This document shows positions 37,659 to 46,460 of a DNA stretch of 64,000 nt, piece by piece. The notes beneath the pieces are model-generated. The model saw nothing but the letters and a program-made list of their open reading frames with translations, did no database searches and had not been told where the DNA came from. This DNA is from an uncultured delta proteobacterium (GTDB lineage Bacteria; Desulfobacterota; RBG-13-43-22). Positions within the stretch are counted from its first letter, which is position 1. The number at the start of each line of letters is the position of its first letter. A program made the position numbers and the translations under genes. The stretch covers positions 192,001 to 256,000 of the forward strand of contig CAWJJC010000028.1 in the NCBI GenBank assembly GCA_963843145.1, read 5' to 3'.

Positions 37659-39268
37659 CCTGGCGAGTGATCGACACCGGATTATTGAGCGCGGCGGAGA
37701 ACCTGGCCTGGGATGAAGCCCTGTTGACGGCTCGCTGCCGGGAAATTATACCAAACACCCTGCGCTATTTACGATTTACTCCTCCAGTGGCGCTGGTCGG
37801 CTATCACCAGTCCGTTCCGGAGGAGATCCGGACCGACTACTGCCAAGCCAGCGGTATCCAGATCAACCGGCGGGTTACCGGGGGAGGGGCGATTTATTTC
37901 GATGAAGGCCAGTTGGGCTGGGAGTTGATCTGCTCCCGGGAGGCACTGCCCGGCGGGTCGGATCTGGCCGGAATCACGCGGGCGATCTGTCAGGCGGTTG
38001 CCCAGGGATTGCAGACCCTGGGCCTGAAGGCCGAGTTCCGGCCCAGGAACGATATCGAAGTGGATGGCCGCAAGATTTCCGGGACCGGTGCCGTCCTGGA
38101 GGGAAACAGCCTTCTTTTTCAGGGAACCCTGCTGATCGACTTCAATCTGGAACACCTGATCAAGGCCCTGCGGATCCCGACGGAAAAACTGAATGCCCGC
38201 GAATTATCCTCGGCCCAAGAGCGGGTGACCAGTCTGAAGGAACAATTGGGGTTTGTCCCTTCGTTGGAAACGGTCAAAACGGCGATCGAGAGGGGGCTTC
38301 AGGAACACCTGGGCCTCCGGACGGTCCCCGGCGTCCTGGGGCCGGAGGAATGGGCCCTTTTCCGCCGACTGCTCCCCCGCCGGCAATCGAGCGAGTGGAT
38401 CGAGGGGGGACGAATTCCCCTCCGACCGCAGGATATCCTGCGGTCTATTCACAAGGAGGAGGGGGGGCTCATCCGGACGGCGGTCAAGGTGGACCGGAAG
38501 CGAGGGAGGATTGCCGATATCTTGATCACCGGCGACTTTTTTATCCATCCGCGGCGGGCCGTTTATGATCTGGAAAGGTTCCTCAAGGATCGGCCGATCC
38601 AAAATCTGCCGGAGATCCTGGAGGATTTTTTCAGGGATCGCCGGGTGGAACTTTTTGGCCTTGCTCCCCGGGATTTCATAAAATCCGTTACCCTGGCCTT
38701 GGATAAATGTTCCTATCCTGACTTCGGGTTCACCCTGGAGGAGGCGGATCACCTGACCACGTTTCACGGGACCCTGGAGGGGATCCTCTCCGGCAGCGAT
38801 CTGCTCTTGCTGCCCTACTGCGCCAAACAACCGGACTGTGAGTACCGTTTTCGAGAGGGATGCGAGCAATGCGGGGCCTGTACCATCGGCGAAGCCTATG
38901 CCCTGGCCGGGGAACAGGGTTTGACGGTCAAGACCATCCAGAATTACGAGCATCTGGTGGATGAACTTACTCAGGAGAAAAAAATCGGGACCCGGGGGTA
39001 TATCGGCTGCTGTTGCGACGCCTTCCAACTAAAAAGGCAGGAGGCCTTTAAAAAGGCCGGGTTGCCGGGGTTGCTGCTGGACATCGAGAACACTACCTGT
39101 TACGAACTGAAACAGGAAGATCAGGCCTACCGAGGCTCCTTCGAAACCCAGACTCATCTGCGGCTGGACTTGCTGAAGAAAGTGCTGGACGCCCGGAAAA
39201 AATTCTGGACGGCCCCAGGAGCGGGGCTCGGGAGGAGGGCCGGAAATGGACGATCTGCGAACCTGTGA
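37655..39268 (+). CDS. Lipoate:protein ligase fused to DUF116
   Basis: RRVTGGGAIY, NDIEVDGRKISG, QGTLL; Cys-rich C-terminus LPYCAK..CEQCGAC..GCCC. Confidence 0.85.
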   Translation: MTWRVIDTGLLSAAENLAWDEALLTARCREIIPNTLRYLRFTPPVALVGYHQSVPEEIRTDYCQASGIQINRRVTGGGAIYFDEGQLGWELICSREALPGGSDLAGITRAICQAVAQGLQTLGLKAEFRPRNDIEVDGRKISGTGAVLEGNSLLFQGTLLIDFNLEHLIKALRIPTEKLNARELSSAQERVTSLKEQLGFVPSLETVKTAIERGLQEHLGLRTVPGVLGPEEWALFRRLLPRRQSSEWIEGGRIPLRPQDILRSIHKEEGGLIRTAVKVDRKRGRIADILITGDFFIHPRRAVYDLERFLKDRPIQNLPEILEDFFRDRRVELFGLAPRDFIKSVTLALDKCSYPDFGFTLEEADHLTTFHGTLEGILSGSDLLLLPYCAKQPDCEYRFREGCEQCGACTIGEAYALAGEQGLTVKTIQNYEHLVDELTQEKKIGTRGYIGCCCDAFQLKRQEAFKKAGLPGLLLDIENTTCYELKQEDQAYRGSFETQTHLRLDLLKKVLDARKKFWTAPGAGLGRRAGNGRSANL

Positions 39269-40310
39269 CGTACTGGTGGTCGGCGCCGGCCCGGCCGGAA
39301 GCGTCGCGGCCCGAACGGCTGCTCGCCGAGGGGTTTCGGTGCTGCTGGCGGAGCGCCGCCGCCGGGTGGGGGTCCCGGTCCGCTGCGCCGAATTCGTGCC
39401 GCTGCCGGTCAGTAAGCACCTCGATTTGTCCAACCGGGACATTACGGTTCAGCCGGTGAGGGCCATGCGCACCTTTCTGCCCGGCGCGGACCCGAAAGAG
39501 AACCTTTTCCCCGGAGTCATCATCCGGCGGGAGCGGTTCGATCAGGAACTGGCTCGGCTGGCGGTGGAGGCCGGGGTCGTCCTGGTAACCGGGCTTCAAG
39601 TCTATCGGAGTACTCCGGAGGGGATCCGGGCCTGGGACGGGCACCGGGAAGTCGCCATCCGTTCCCGGGTGATTGTGGGGGCCGACGGCCCCTGCTCCCA
39701 GGTGGCCCGCTGGATGGGGCAAACCCCCGGACCTTTTCTGGTCGCCGCCCAGGTTTCCCTGAAATTGTCAAGACCCCTGGATCATACCCGGATTTATTTT
39801 CACCCGGAAATTTCGGGGGGGTACGGCTGGGTTTTCCCCAAGGGGGACCGGGCCAATCTGGGAGTGGGCCTGGACGCGGGACAGTCCAGAAATTTAAGAA
39901 TCACGCTGGACGGGTTTAAACGGGAGCGGATGGAAGAAGGCCTGGTGGAAGCGGCCGAAAAGCCGGCCGGCGGAGGCCTGGTGCCGGTGGGCGGCTTGAA
40001 GGGCCTCTGGCTGGAAAACCTGATTTTGGCCGGGGATGCCGCCGGGACCTGTCATCCCATCAGCGGTGCCGGGGTAGGAAACGCCCTAATCTCCGGAGAG
40101 CTGGCCGGGGAAGCGGCCGCGGCGGCCGTCCTCCAGGGCACCTCCGGTCCCTTGGCCGGCTACCGGGATGAACTGCATGACCTGCTGGGGCCTTCTCTGG
40201 CCCGGGCGGCCGCCAAAAGAAAAAAGATGATCCGGCATTGGAAGCGAATGGATTTTGCCGAATTGATCAAAGAAAATTGGATCGCCTTCAAAGAATACTA
40301 CCGGTCCTAA
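39246..40310 (+). CDS. Geranylgeranyl-reductase-family FAD oxidoreductase (LipT-like)
   Basis: VVGAGPAGS, GADG, YGWVFPKG, GDAAG. Confidence 0.85.
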   Translation: MDDLRTCDVLVVGAGPAGSVAARTAARRGVSVLLAERRRRVGVPVRCAEFVPLPVSKHLDLSNRDITVQPVRAMRTFLPGADPKENLFPGVIIRRERFDQELARLAVEAGVVLVTGLQVYRSTPEGIRAWDGHREVAIRSRVIVGADGPCSQVARWMGQTPGPFLVAAQVSLKLSRPLDHTRIYFHPEISGGYGWVFPKGDRANLGVGLDAGQSRNLRITLDGFKRERMEEGLVEAAEKPAGGGLVPVGGLKGLWLENLILAGDAAGTCHPISGAGVGNALISGELAGEAAAAAVLQGTSGPLAGYRDELHDLLGPSLARAAAKRKKMIRHWKRMDFAELIKENWIAFKEYYRS

Positions 40311-40368
40311 ATGTCTGTTGCTTTAACTTGGTAACAATTTTATTTACCTAGCAAGGAGCTATTATCTA

Positions 40369-41435
40369 ATGTCAAATGAAAATCACCAGCCGGCACCGGC
40401 GGAGCCCGTGAGCAGTCCGGGAGCCCTTCAGTTGAGCCTGGCCGCGGCCATGACCCTGAATTTGAAGGAAGGGTTGTTTTTTCGAAACGCCCGGCTGTAT
40501 TGCCTGAACCTGCTGCTGACCTATCCCAGCGGCTGCCGGGGTAACTGCTCCTATTGCGGCCTCCAGAAATCCCGGGACGGCGTCTTTTCGGAAAAGAGCT
40601 TTATCCGCGTGAGCTGGCCCACCTACGATCTGGAAACCATCATTCGGAGAACCCTGGAGAACCGGCACAAGCTGCACCGGGTCTGCCTCTCCATGATCAC
40701 CCACCCCCGGGCCTTGGAAGACACCCTTTACTTGACCCGTCGCTTCCGGGAAGAAGTGGGGCTGCCCATTTCGGTTTTGATGAACCCGACCAGTATGAAA
40801 ACGGGGGATGTAGCCGCCTTGCGCCAGGCCGGGGCCCAGATGGCGGCCGTGGCCCTGGACTTGGCCGATGAGGCCCTCTTTGACCGGCACCGGGGATCCG
40901 GGGCCGGGGGGCCGCACCGGTTTGAGCACTATTGGTCGCTGCTGGCGACTACGGCCGAGGTTTTCGGAAAAAACAGGGCCGGCTGCCACCTGATCTGCGG
41001 GATGGGGGAACGCGAGGAGGACCTGATCCGTCGTATTCAGTCGGTGCGCGATCTGGGAGCCCGGACCCATCTTTTTTCCTTTTATCCGGAGAAAGGATCC
41101 CGGCTGGCGACGCTTCTCCTTGCGCCGTCGGGCCAGTACCGGCGGGTCCAGTTGGCCCGATTCCTGATCGATAACGATCTGGCGAGGGCCGAGGATATGC
41201 GTTTTGATGGGCAGGGCCAGGTCAGGATTTCGGTCTGGAGCAATACGCTGTGGAACGATGGATCCATTCGGGTCGGCCCTTTATGACCAGCGGCTGCCCG
41301 GGGGGGGGACTGGAAACCGCCTGCAACCGGCCCTTCGGGGACGGGCCGCCCAGCGACATCCGCAGTTATCCTTTTCCCCTGGAGCCGGAAGATGTAGCCC
41401 GAGTCAAGGACGAAATGAGTTGGGGAGTAAACTGA
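40369..41435 (+). pseudogene. lipS2: Radical SAM LipS2-type subunit with a 1-nt frameshift near 41225
   Basis: CRGNCSYC in the first frame; the TSGCPG..ACNRP motif lies in the shifted frame ending at 41435. Confidence 0.75.
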
Positions 41436-41436
41436 C

Positions 41437-42414
41437 ATGAACGATGTGGTCGGCTTGGGTTCCCTGAATGTGGATTATATCTACGAAACGGAGGATCTCG
41501 CTTTTCTGGAACCGTTTTACCCCGAGGGGAAAAAGCGTCGGGAGTGGGTGCTGATCGAGCCCGCTGAAATACAGGCCGTACAGCGGGCTATCCGGGAAAA
41601 AACCCGATTGATCTCCCGGACCGGCGGCGGGAGCGCCGCCAATACGGCTTTTTCTTTGGCGAAAATGGGCTTCCAAAGCGGTATGATGGGTAAGGTCGGG
41701 CAAGATGAGGACGGGGATTTTATCTTGCGGGAAATGGCCCCCATCCCTCGGCTGCACCTGGAGCGGGATCAGCGAACCGGCCAGGCTCTGATCATCCTGG
41801 GACCCGACCGGGACCGGATCATCCTCTTGCTGCCCAACGCCAACCGGGAACTCACCTGGGCGGACCTGGACCCGGATTTCGTCCGGACTTTCCGGATGCT
41901 GCATCTGACTTCCATCCTGGGAGAGGGCCTGGCGCTCCAGGAACGCCTGGTCCGAGAGGTGGCCGGACAGGTCCAAATCAGTTTTGATCCGGGGGAGGTT
42001 TATGTTCAACGGGGTGTCCTGGACTTGGCCCCTCTGCTGGCCCGGTGTCAAATCCTGTTCATCACTCAGGGAGAGCTGGAACTGCTGACCGGACGGAAAT
42101 GGCGCGACGGGGTAAAAGAAATTCTGGACCTGGGGACCCGGATCATTGCCGTAAAGAAAAAAGGTTCCGGCGCCTTCATCCAAGAGGCTGCCGGCGTCTG
42201 GGAACTTCCGGCTGCGATCATCCAAGCCAAAGATACCACCGGCGCCGGCGATGTCTTTGCCGCCGGATTCCTCGGCGGGTATTTGCGGGGCCTGCCCCTG
42301 CCGGCCTGCGGTTCCCTCGGCCTGACCATGGCCCATCAAAGCATGGGAGGGGTAGGGCGGGAAGCCTATCCGACTCGGGAGGATTTTGAAGCAGCGGTCA
42401 ACCGAAAGGATTAA
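41437..42414 (+). CDS. PfkB-family carbohydrate/nucleoside kinase
   Basis: GGSAANTA, DTTGAGDVFAAG. Confidence 0.9.
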   Translation: MNDVVGLGSLNVDYIYETEDLAFLEPFYPEGKKRREWVLIEPAEIQAVQRAIREKTRLISRTGGGSAANTAFSLAKMGFQSGMMGKVGQDEDGDFILREMAPIPRLHLERDQRTGQALIILGPDRDRIILLLPNANRELTWADLDPDFVRTFRMLHLTSILGEGLALQERLVREVAGQVQISFDPGEVYVQRGVLDLAPLLARCQILFITQGELELLTGRKWRDGVKEILDLGTRIIAVKKKGSGAFIQEAAGVWELPAAIIQAKDTTGAGDVFAAGFLGGYLRGLPLPACGSLGLTMAHQSMGGVGREAYPTREDFEAAVNRKD

Positions 42415-42481
42415 GAAGAAGCCCGCGTCCCCGCCGACCAAACCATCCTTCGCTACAAAACCGGCAGGCGAGACGCCTGCC

Positions 42482-44767
42482 CTACTTGATCTTCTGCAGC
42501 GTGACCTTGGCCTCTTCCGCCCCGGAAAATTTGGGGTCCAGTTCCAGGGCTTTATTCAGCGCTTGTTTAGCCAGGTCTTTTTGGTTGTTTTTGAAATAGG
42601 CTAATCCCAAATGGTAATAAATGACCGGGTTGTCCTTGACCTTCTCCAACGCTTCCTTGAAATAGACGATTGCCCGGGTGTAAATAGTCTTCTGGTAATA
42701 GACCCAGCCCAGGGTGTCGGAAATGGACGGATCTTCCGGGAACTGTTCTTTGGCGCTTTGGGCCAGGTTTAAGGCCTCGTCAACATGCTCTCCCTTGTCG
42801 GCGTACAGGTAAGCCAGATTATTGGCTGCCGGAGCAAACTTGGGATTAACCTTCAGGGCCTTCTGATAAGCCTCTTTGGCCTGGTCGATATGATTCTGCC
42901 CCTGGTAAAGGATACCCAGGCCCATAAGAGCGGGCAAGGCCTTGGGGTTCTGTTGCAGGGCCAGGTTAAATTCCTTGATGGCCTTGTCGACCAGGGTATG
43001 ACGGGCGTAGAAACCGGCCAGGGAAAGGTGAAACCCGGTGACGTTAGGGTCCAACTCCACGGCTTTCTTGTAGTTGGCTTCGGCCTTCTCCAGTTCTTTA
43101 TTGAGTTCCTGGAGTCTTCCCAGCAGATTGTAAAAGAACGGGTTTTTGGGGTTCAGTTGGATTTGGGCCTCGACCCGCTGCAGGGCCTTCTTCATATCCT
43201 TCTGGTTGACATACAGGCCGACGAGCAGGTTGAGCGCTTCCAGATAATTGGGCTGCAGGGAAAGGGCCTTCTCCAACTGGACCACCGCTTCTTTTTCTTT
43301 TTTCTGGGCCAACAACACCCGTCCTTTTTGATAATAGCCTACCGGGTTCTGGGGAGCGGCCTGAATGGCTTCATCAAAGGCCTTGGCCGCTCCGGCGCCA
43401 TCTTTTTTCATCAAGAAGGCATTCCCTAACAACAGTTGAGCCTGGAAGGATTTGGGGTTATCCTTCAAAACGGCTTGCGCCTGTTCGATGGCTAGATCGG
43501 GAGCGCCTCCCCGAAGGTGCAGGTCGGCCAGCAGCAGGCGCGCCTCGTCCCCGCGGGGATTGAGTTTGATGGCCTCCCCCAGTTCATTTTTAGCCTGCTG
43601 GACATCTTTATCGCCCAAATAAGCCAGCCCCAGAAAGTAATGGCCCATGGCGGATTTGGGGTTTTCCTTCAGGTAGGGCTGAAAAAGACCGCTGGCTTCT
43701 TTGAATTCTTTTTTGGCCAAATGCAGTCGCCCCTTGAGGAAGGTTCCCTCCTGGCTTTTAGGATTGGTTTTAAGAATTTTCTCCACCTGTTCCGAGGCCT
43801 GATCAAACTTTTTTTCTTTCAGGGCGATTTCGGCCAGTCGGGCCAGAGAGGGGATGCTCTTCGGATCCTCTTTCAGCGCTTTTTGAAGGGTTTCAACGGC
43901 CTTATCTTTCTTGCCCCAGGCTAAGTAGAAATCGGCCAAATGCAGTTGGGTGGGGATTTTTTTGGGATCCAGGGCCACCGCTTTCAGAAACTGTTTTTCG
44001 GCCTCCTCCGGCCTGTTCAGGGAAGCGTAATATTGTCCCAGGTTCATAACCGGTCCGATATCCTGGGGGGCGGTTTTAACGGCCTCCAGCAATTCGGCTT
44101 CGGCCTGTTCTTTTTTTCCGGTCTGCTGATAAAAACCGGCCAGGGCATAATGGGCCTGGAGCGATTGGGGGTCGACCTTCAAGGCCTCTTTAAGGGTTTG
44201 TTCGGCTTGGACCAGATCCTTGGTTAAGAGGTAGAGCTTAGCCAGTTGCAGGTAGGCCTCTATTTTTTTCGGGTCTTTTTCAAGCGCTTTGCGGGCCTCG
44301 GCGATGGCTTTGTCCGGATTCTTTTCCACGGCGTACAGGGTGCTGCTGAGAAGATGGGCGGCGGGGTTTTCGGGTTCCTTGTAAACGATCTTCTCCACCT
44401 GCTCCCGGGCCTTGGGTAGATCCTTCGCCAGAAGGTATAGATAACCCAATTGCAGCCTCGCGTCGGTCAGGTTGGGGTCCAGGTCCACGCTTTTTGAAAA
44501 TTCGGAAAAGGCCGCCTGAGGGTTGCGGACCCGGATATAAGCCAAACCCAATTTATAGTGGGCCCGGGCATCCTTGGGGTTGAGCTGGACCACGTTTTTG
44601 TATTCGATGATGGCTTCGTTGATTTTGTTTTCAGAAAGAAATTTTTCGGCTTTTTTCCAGTGGCGGGCCAGTTTGGCCTCCCGGCTGCAGCCCACGAAAG
44701 CGGCCATCAAAAAGGCGACTACGACCAGGGTGATAATCTGGGATCCTTTGGGGGACATTCGACGCAT
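42482..44767 (-). CDS. Long TPR lipoprotein (PrsT-like)
   Basis: Lipobox FVGC, continuous TPRs, AANNLAY..DTLGWVY C-terminus. Confidence 0.85.
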   Translation of the reverse strand: MRRMSPKGSQIITLVVVAFLMAAFVGCSREAKLARHWKKAEKFLSENKINEAIIEYKNVVQLNPKDARAHYKLGLAYIRVRNPQAAFSEFSKSVDLDPNLTDARLQLGYLYLLAKDLPKAREQVEKIVYKEPENPAAHLLSSTLYAVEKNPDKAIAEARKALEKDPKKIEAYLQLAKLYLLTKDLVQAEQTLKEALKVDPQSLQAHYALAGFYQQTGKKEQAEAELLEAVKTAPQDIGPVMNLGQYYASLNRPEEAEKQFLKAVALDPKKIPTQLHLADFYLAWGKKDKAVETLQKALKEDPKSIPSLARLAEIALKEKKFDQASEQVEKILKTNPKSQEGTFLKGRLHLAKKEFKEASGLFQPYLKENPKSAMGHYFLGLAYLGDKDVQQAKNELGEAIKLNPRGDEARLLLADLHLRGGAPDLAIEQAQAVLKDNPKSFQAQLLLGNAFLMKKDGAGAAKAFDEAIQAAPQNPVGYYQKGRVLLAQKKEKEAVVQLEKALSLQPNYLEALNLLVGLYVNQKDMKKALQRVEAQIQLNPKNPFFYNLLGRLQELNKELEKAEANYKKAVELDPNVTGFHLSLAGFYARHTLVDKAIKEFNLALQQNPKALPALMGLGILYQGQNHIDQAKEAYQKALKVNPKFAPAANNLAYLYADKGEHVDEALNLAQSAKEQFPEDPSISDTLGWVYYQKTIYTRAIVYFKEALEKVKDNPVIYYHLGLAYFKNNQKDLAKQALNKALELDPKFSGAEEAKVTLQKIK

Positions 44768-44959
44768 GGGGTTTCCTCCTCAAAAACGCAGGTAAAGGGT
44801 GATGATCTGGTTATCTTAGAATGTATCGGAATGTAATAGCATATATTTAATATTAAACCAAAAAAGAATTGTCGCCCTTTATCCGGTTCTCGGCCTCCGG
44901 AAGGGAAGGAGTACAGGCGATCCCGGTTAGTCCGAGCAACCGGCTGGCGGGGGTAGGGT

Positions 44960-45130
44960 TTAAGGGCTTCTGGAATCCCTCCGGGCTGCGGAGAAGGATT
45001 TCTTTGGCCAGTAAACCGCTTCCAGGTTGCTGTAAGCCTCCGACAAGTGGGGATTCAAGCGAATAGCCTCTTGGTAAGCGGCGATCGCCTCCGCGAAGTG
45101 CCCTTGCCGGGCTAAGAGCAGCTTCTCCGA
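44960..45130 (-). pseudogene. Isolated TPR fragment
   Basis: LARQGHFAEAIAAYQEAIRLNPHLSEAYSNL with no credible start or context. Confidence 0.5.
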
Positions 45131-45236
45131 TCTATTCAAAGAGCGCCCTCCACGGAAGCGGTGCACTTTTTGATTGCCAAGGATGCCGGATAGTCCGCAT
45201 AGTGTAAGAATAGAACGTCAGGGTTCGAGGGCACAA

Positions 45237-45932
45237 GTGAAAAAAATAAAAGGTTCTTATATTATTTTCTCCCTCCTTCTCCTCCTGGTCCTTCTGGGGG
45301 GCTGCCAGGGCGTTTATTTCCGTGGAGAGACGGATGAAAAAGTAGTGGCCCTGACCTTTGATGACGGCCCGCACCCGATTTACACCCCGCGGGTCTTGGA
45401 TATACTGGAGCGCTTCGGGATCAAAGCCACTTTCTTCCTGATCGGTCGGGAAGTCCGGTCCTATCCGGAAATCGTTCGGCAGATTAATACCCGAGGCCAT
45501 GAAATCGAAAACCATTCCGACCATCACCTCTTTTATCTGCCCTGGCTCCCCCCCGATCGGATTCGTCGAGAAATTGTCGAGGCCCAAGACGCCATTTATC
45601 GGATCACCGGGCGCTATCCGGCATTTTTTCGATCTCCGCTGGGGTGGGTATCTAATGACCTGGTTGCGGTCTGTCGGGAATTGAAACTGCCGATTATCAA
45701 CGGATCGGTGAAGGCCAGCGACGTTTCCCTCCCGGGAACAGAATACATCATCCAGACGGTCCTGGATAAAACCCGCAACGGGGCTATCATCATCCTCCAC
45801 GATGCCGGAGGGGTCGGCTTTTACCATGATCGAACCCAGACCCTGGACGCCCTGCCTATTATCATTCGAAACTTGAAAGATAGAGGATATAAATTTGTTT
45901 TAATTAAAGAATTAATTAATAGTCCTTCTTAA
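45237..45932 (+). CDS. Polysaccharide/peptidoglycan deacetylase (CE4) lipoprotein
   Basis: ALTFDDGP, HEIENHS..H, FRSPLG, IILHD. Confidence 0.9.
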   Translation: MKKIKGSYIIFSLLLLLVLLGGCQGVYFRGETDEKVVALTFDDGPHPIYTPRVLDILERFGIKATFFLIGREVRSYPEIVRQINTRGHEIENHSDHHLFYLPWLPPDRIRREIVEAQDAIYRITGRYPAFFRSPLGWVSNDLVAVCRELKLPIINGSVKASDVSLPGTEYIIQTVLDKTRNGAIIILHDAGGVGFYHDRTQTLDALPIIIRNLKDRGYKFVLIKELINSPS

Positions 45933-45957
45933 ATTCTCCCTCCTCTAAAGTAATAAT

Positions 45958-45985
45958 TTGACAGTTCGACGTTAATGATTATAAT
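45958..45985 (+). promoter_or_regulatory. sigma70 promoter of fur-feoB
   Basis: TTGACA-N16-TATAAT. Confidence 0.8.
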
Positions 45986-46009
45986 GAAAATGAATTTCAT
46001 TTTCATTAT
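45981..46009. promoter_or_regulatory. Fur-box-like perfect 14-1-14 palindrome
   Basis: ATAATGAAAATGAA-T-TTCATTTTCATTAT overlapping the -10 box and the start codon. Confidence 0.85.
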
Positions 46010-46451
46010 GGATAAAAAAATTTTCAAAGACTATGTTAAATCCCAGGGTCTTCGGCAGAGCGCCCAACGGAATCTGATTGCGGATACCTTTCTTTCCAAC
46101 CGGGGGCATAGTTCCAGCGAAGAGCTGCTGGCTGAGGTGCGGAAAAAGGACCCCAAGATAGGATTGACCACCGTCTATAGAACCTTAAAGTTGCTGACCC
46201 GGTGCGGTCTGGCCGCAGAAAGAAAATTTAATAGACAAACCAGTTACTTCGAATCAATTCCTCATGGAAAACATCATGATCATTTGATCTGTCTGGATTG
46301 TGGCCGGATTCTGGAATTTGAAAATCCGACGATCGAATCCCTGCAGGGACTGGTGGCGCAAGAGCATCATTTTATCATATCCCACCATATCCTGGAACTC
46401 TACGGGTATTGCCGGCACTGCGCTCAGCAGAGACGCTCGGATTCAGGCTAG
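46008..46451 (+). CDS. fur: Ferric uptake regulator
   Basis: TTVYRTLKLL, HHDHLICLDCG, YGYCRHC. Confidence 0.93.
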   Translation: MDKKIFKDYVKSQGLRQSAQRNLIADTFLSNRGHSSSEELLAEVRKKDPKIGLTTVYRTLKLLTRCGLAAERKFNRQTSYFESIPHGKHHDHLICLDCGRILEFENPTIESLQGLVAQEHHFIISHHILELYGYCRHCAQQRRSDSG

Positions 46452-46460
46452 CCTACCGTT

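Noticed and set aside
41205-41290. Selenocysteine recoding in lipS2, given selC nearby
   Set aside because: The break is a frame change, not an in-frame UGA at a Cys position; I saw no convincing selenoprotein in the window
38204-42441. Long antisense ORFs (274, 232 and 345 aa)
   Set aside because: They lie opposite well-supported genes in GC-rich DNA and have no motifs
42482-44767. A complete PEP-CTERM/exosortase system
   Set aside because: Only the PrsT-like TPR protein is present; no exosortase, PrsK/PrsR or PEP-CTERM tails seen
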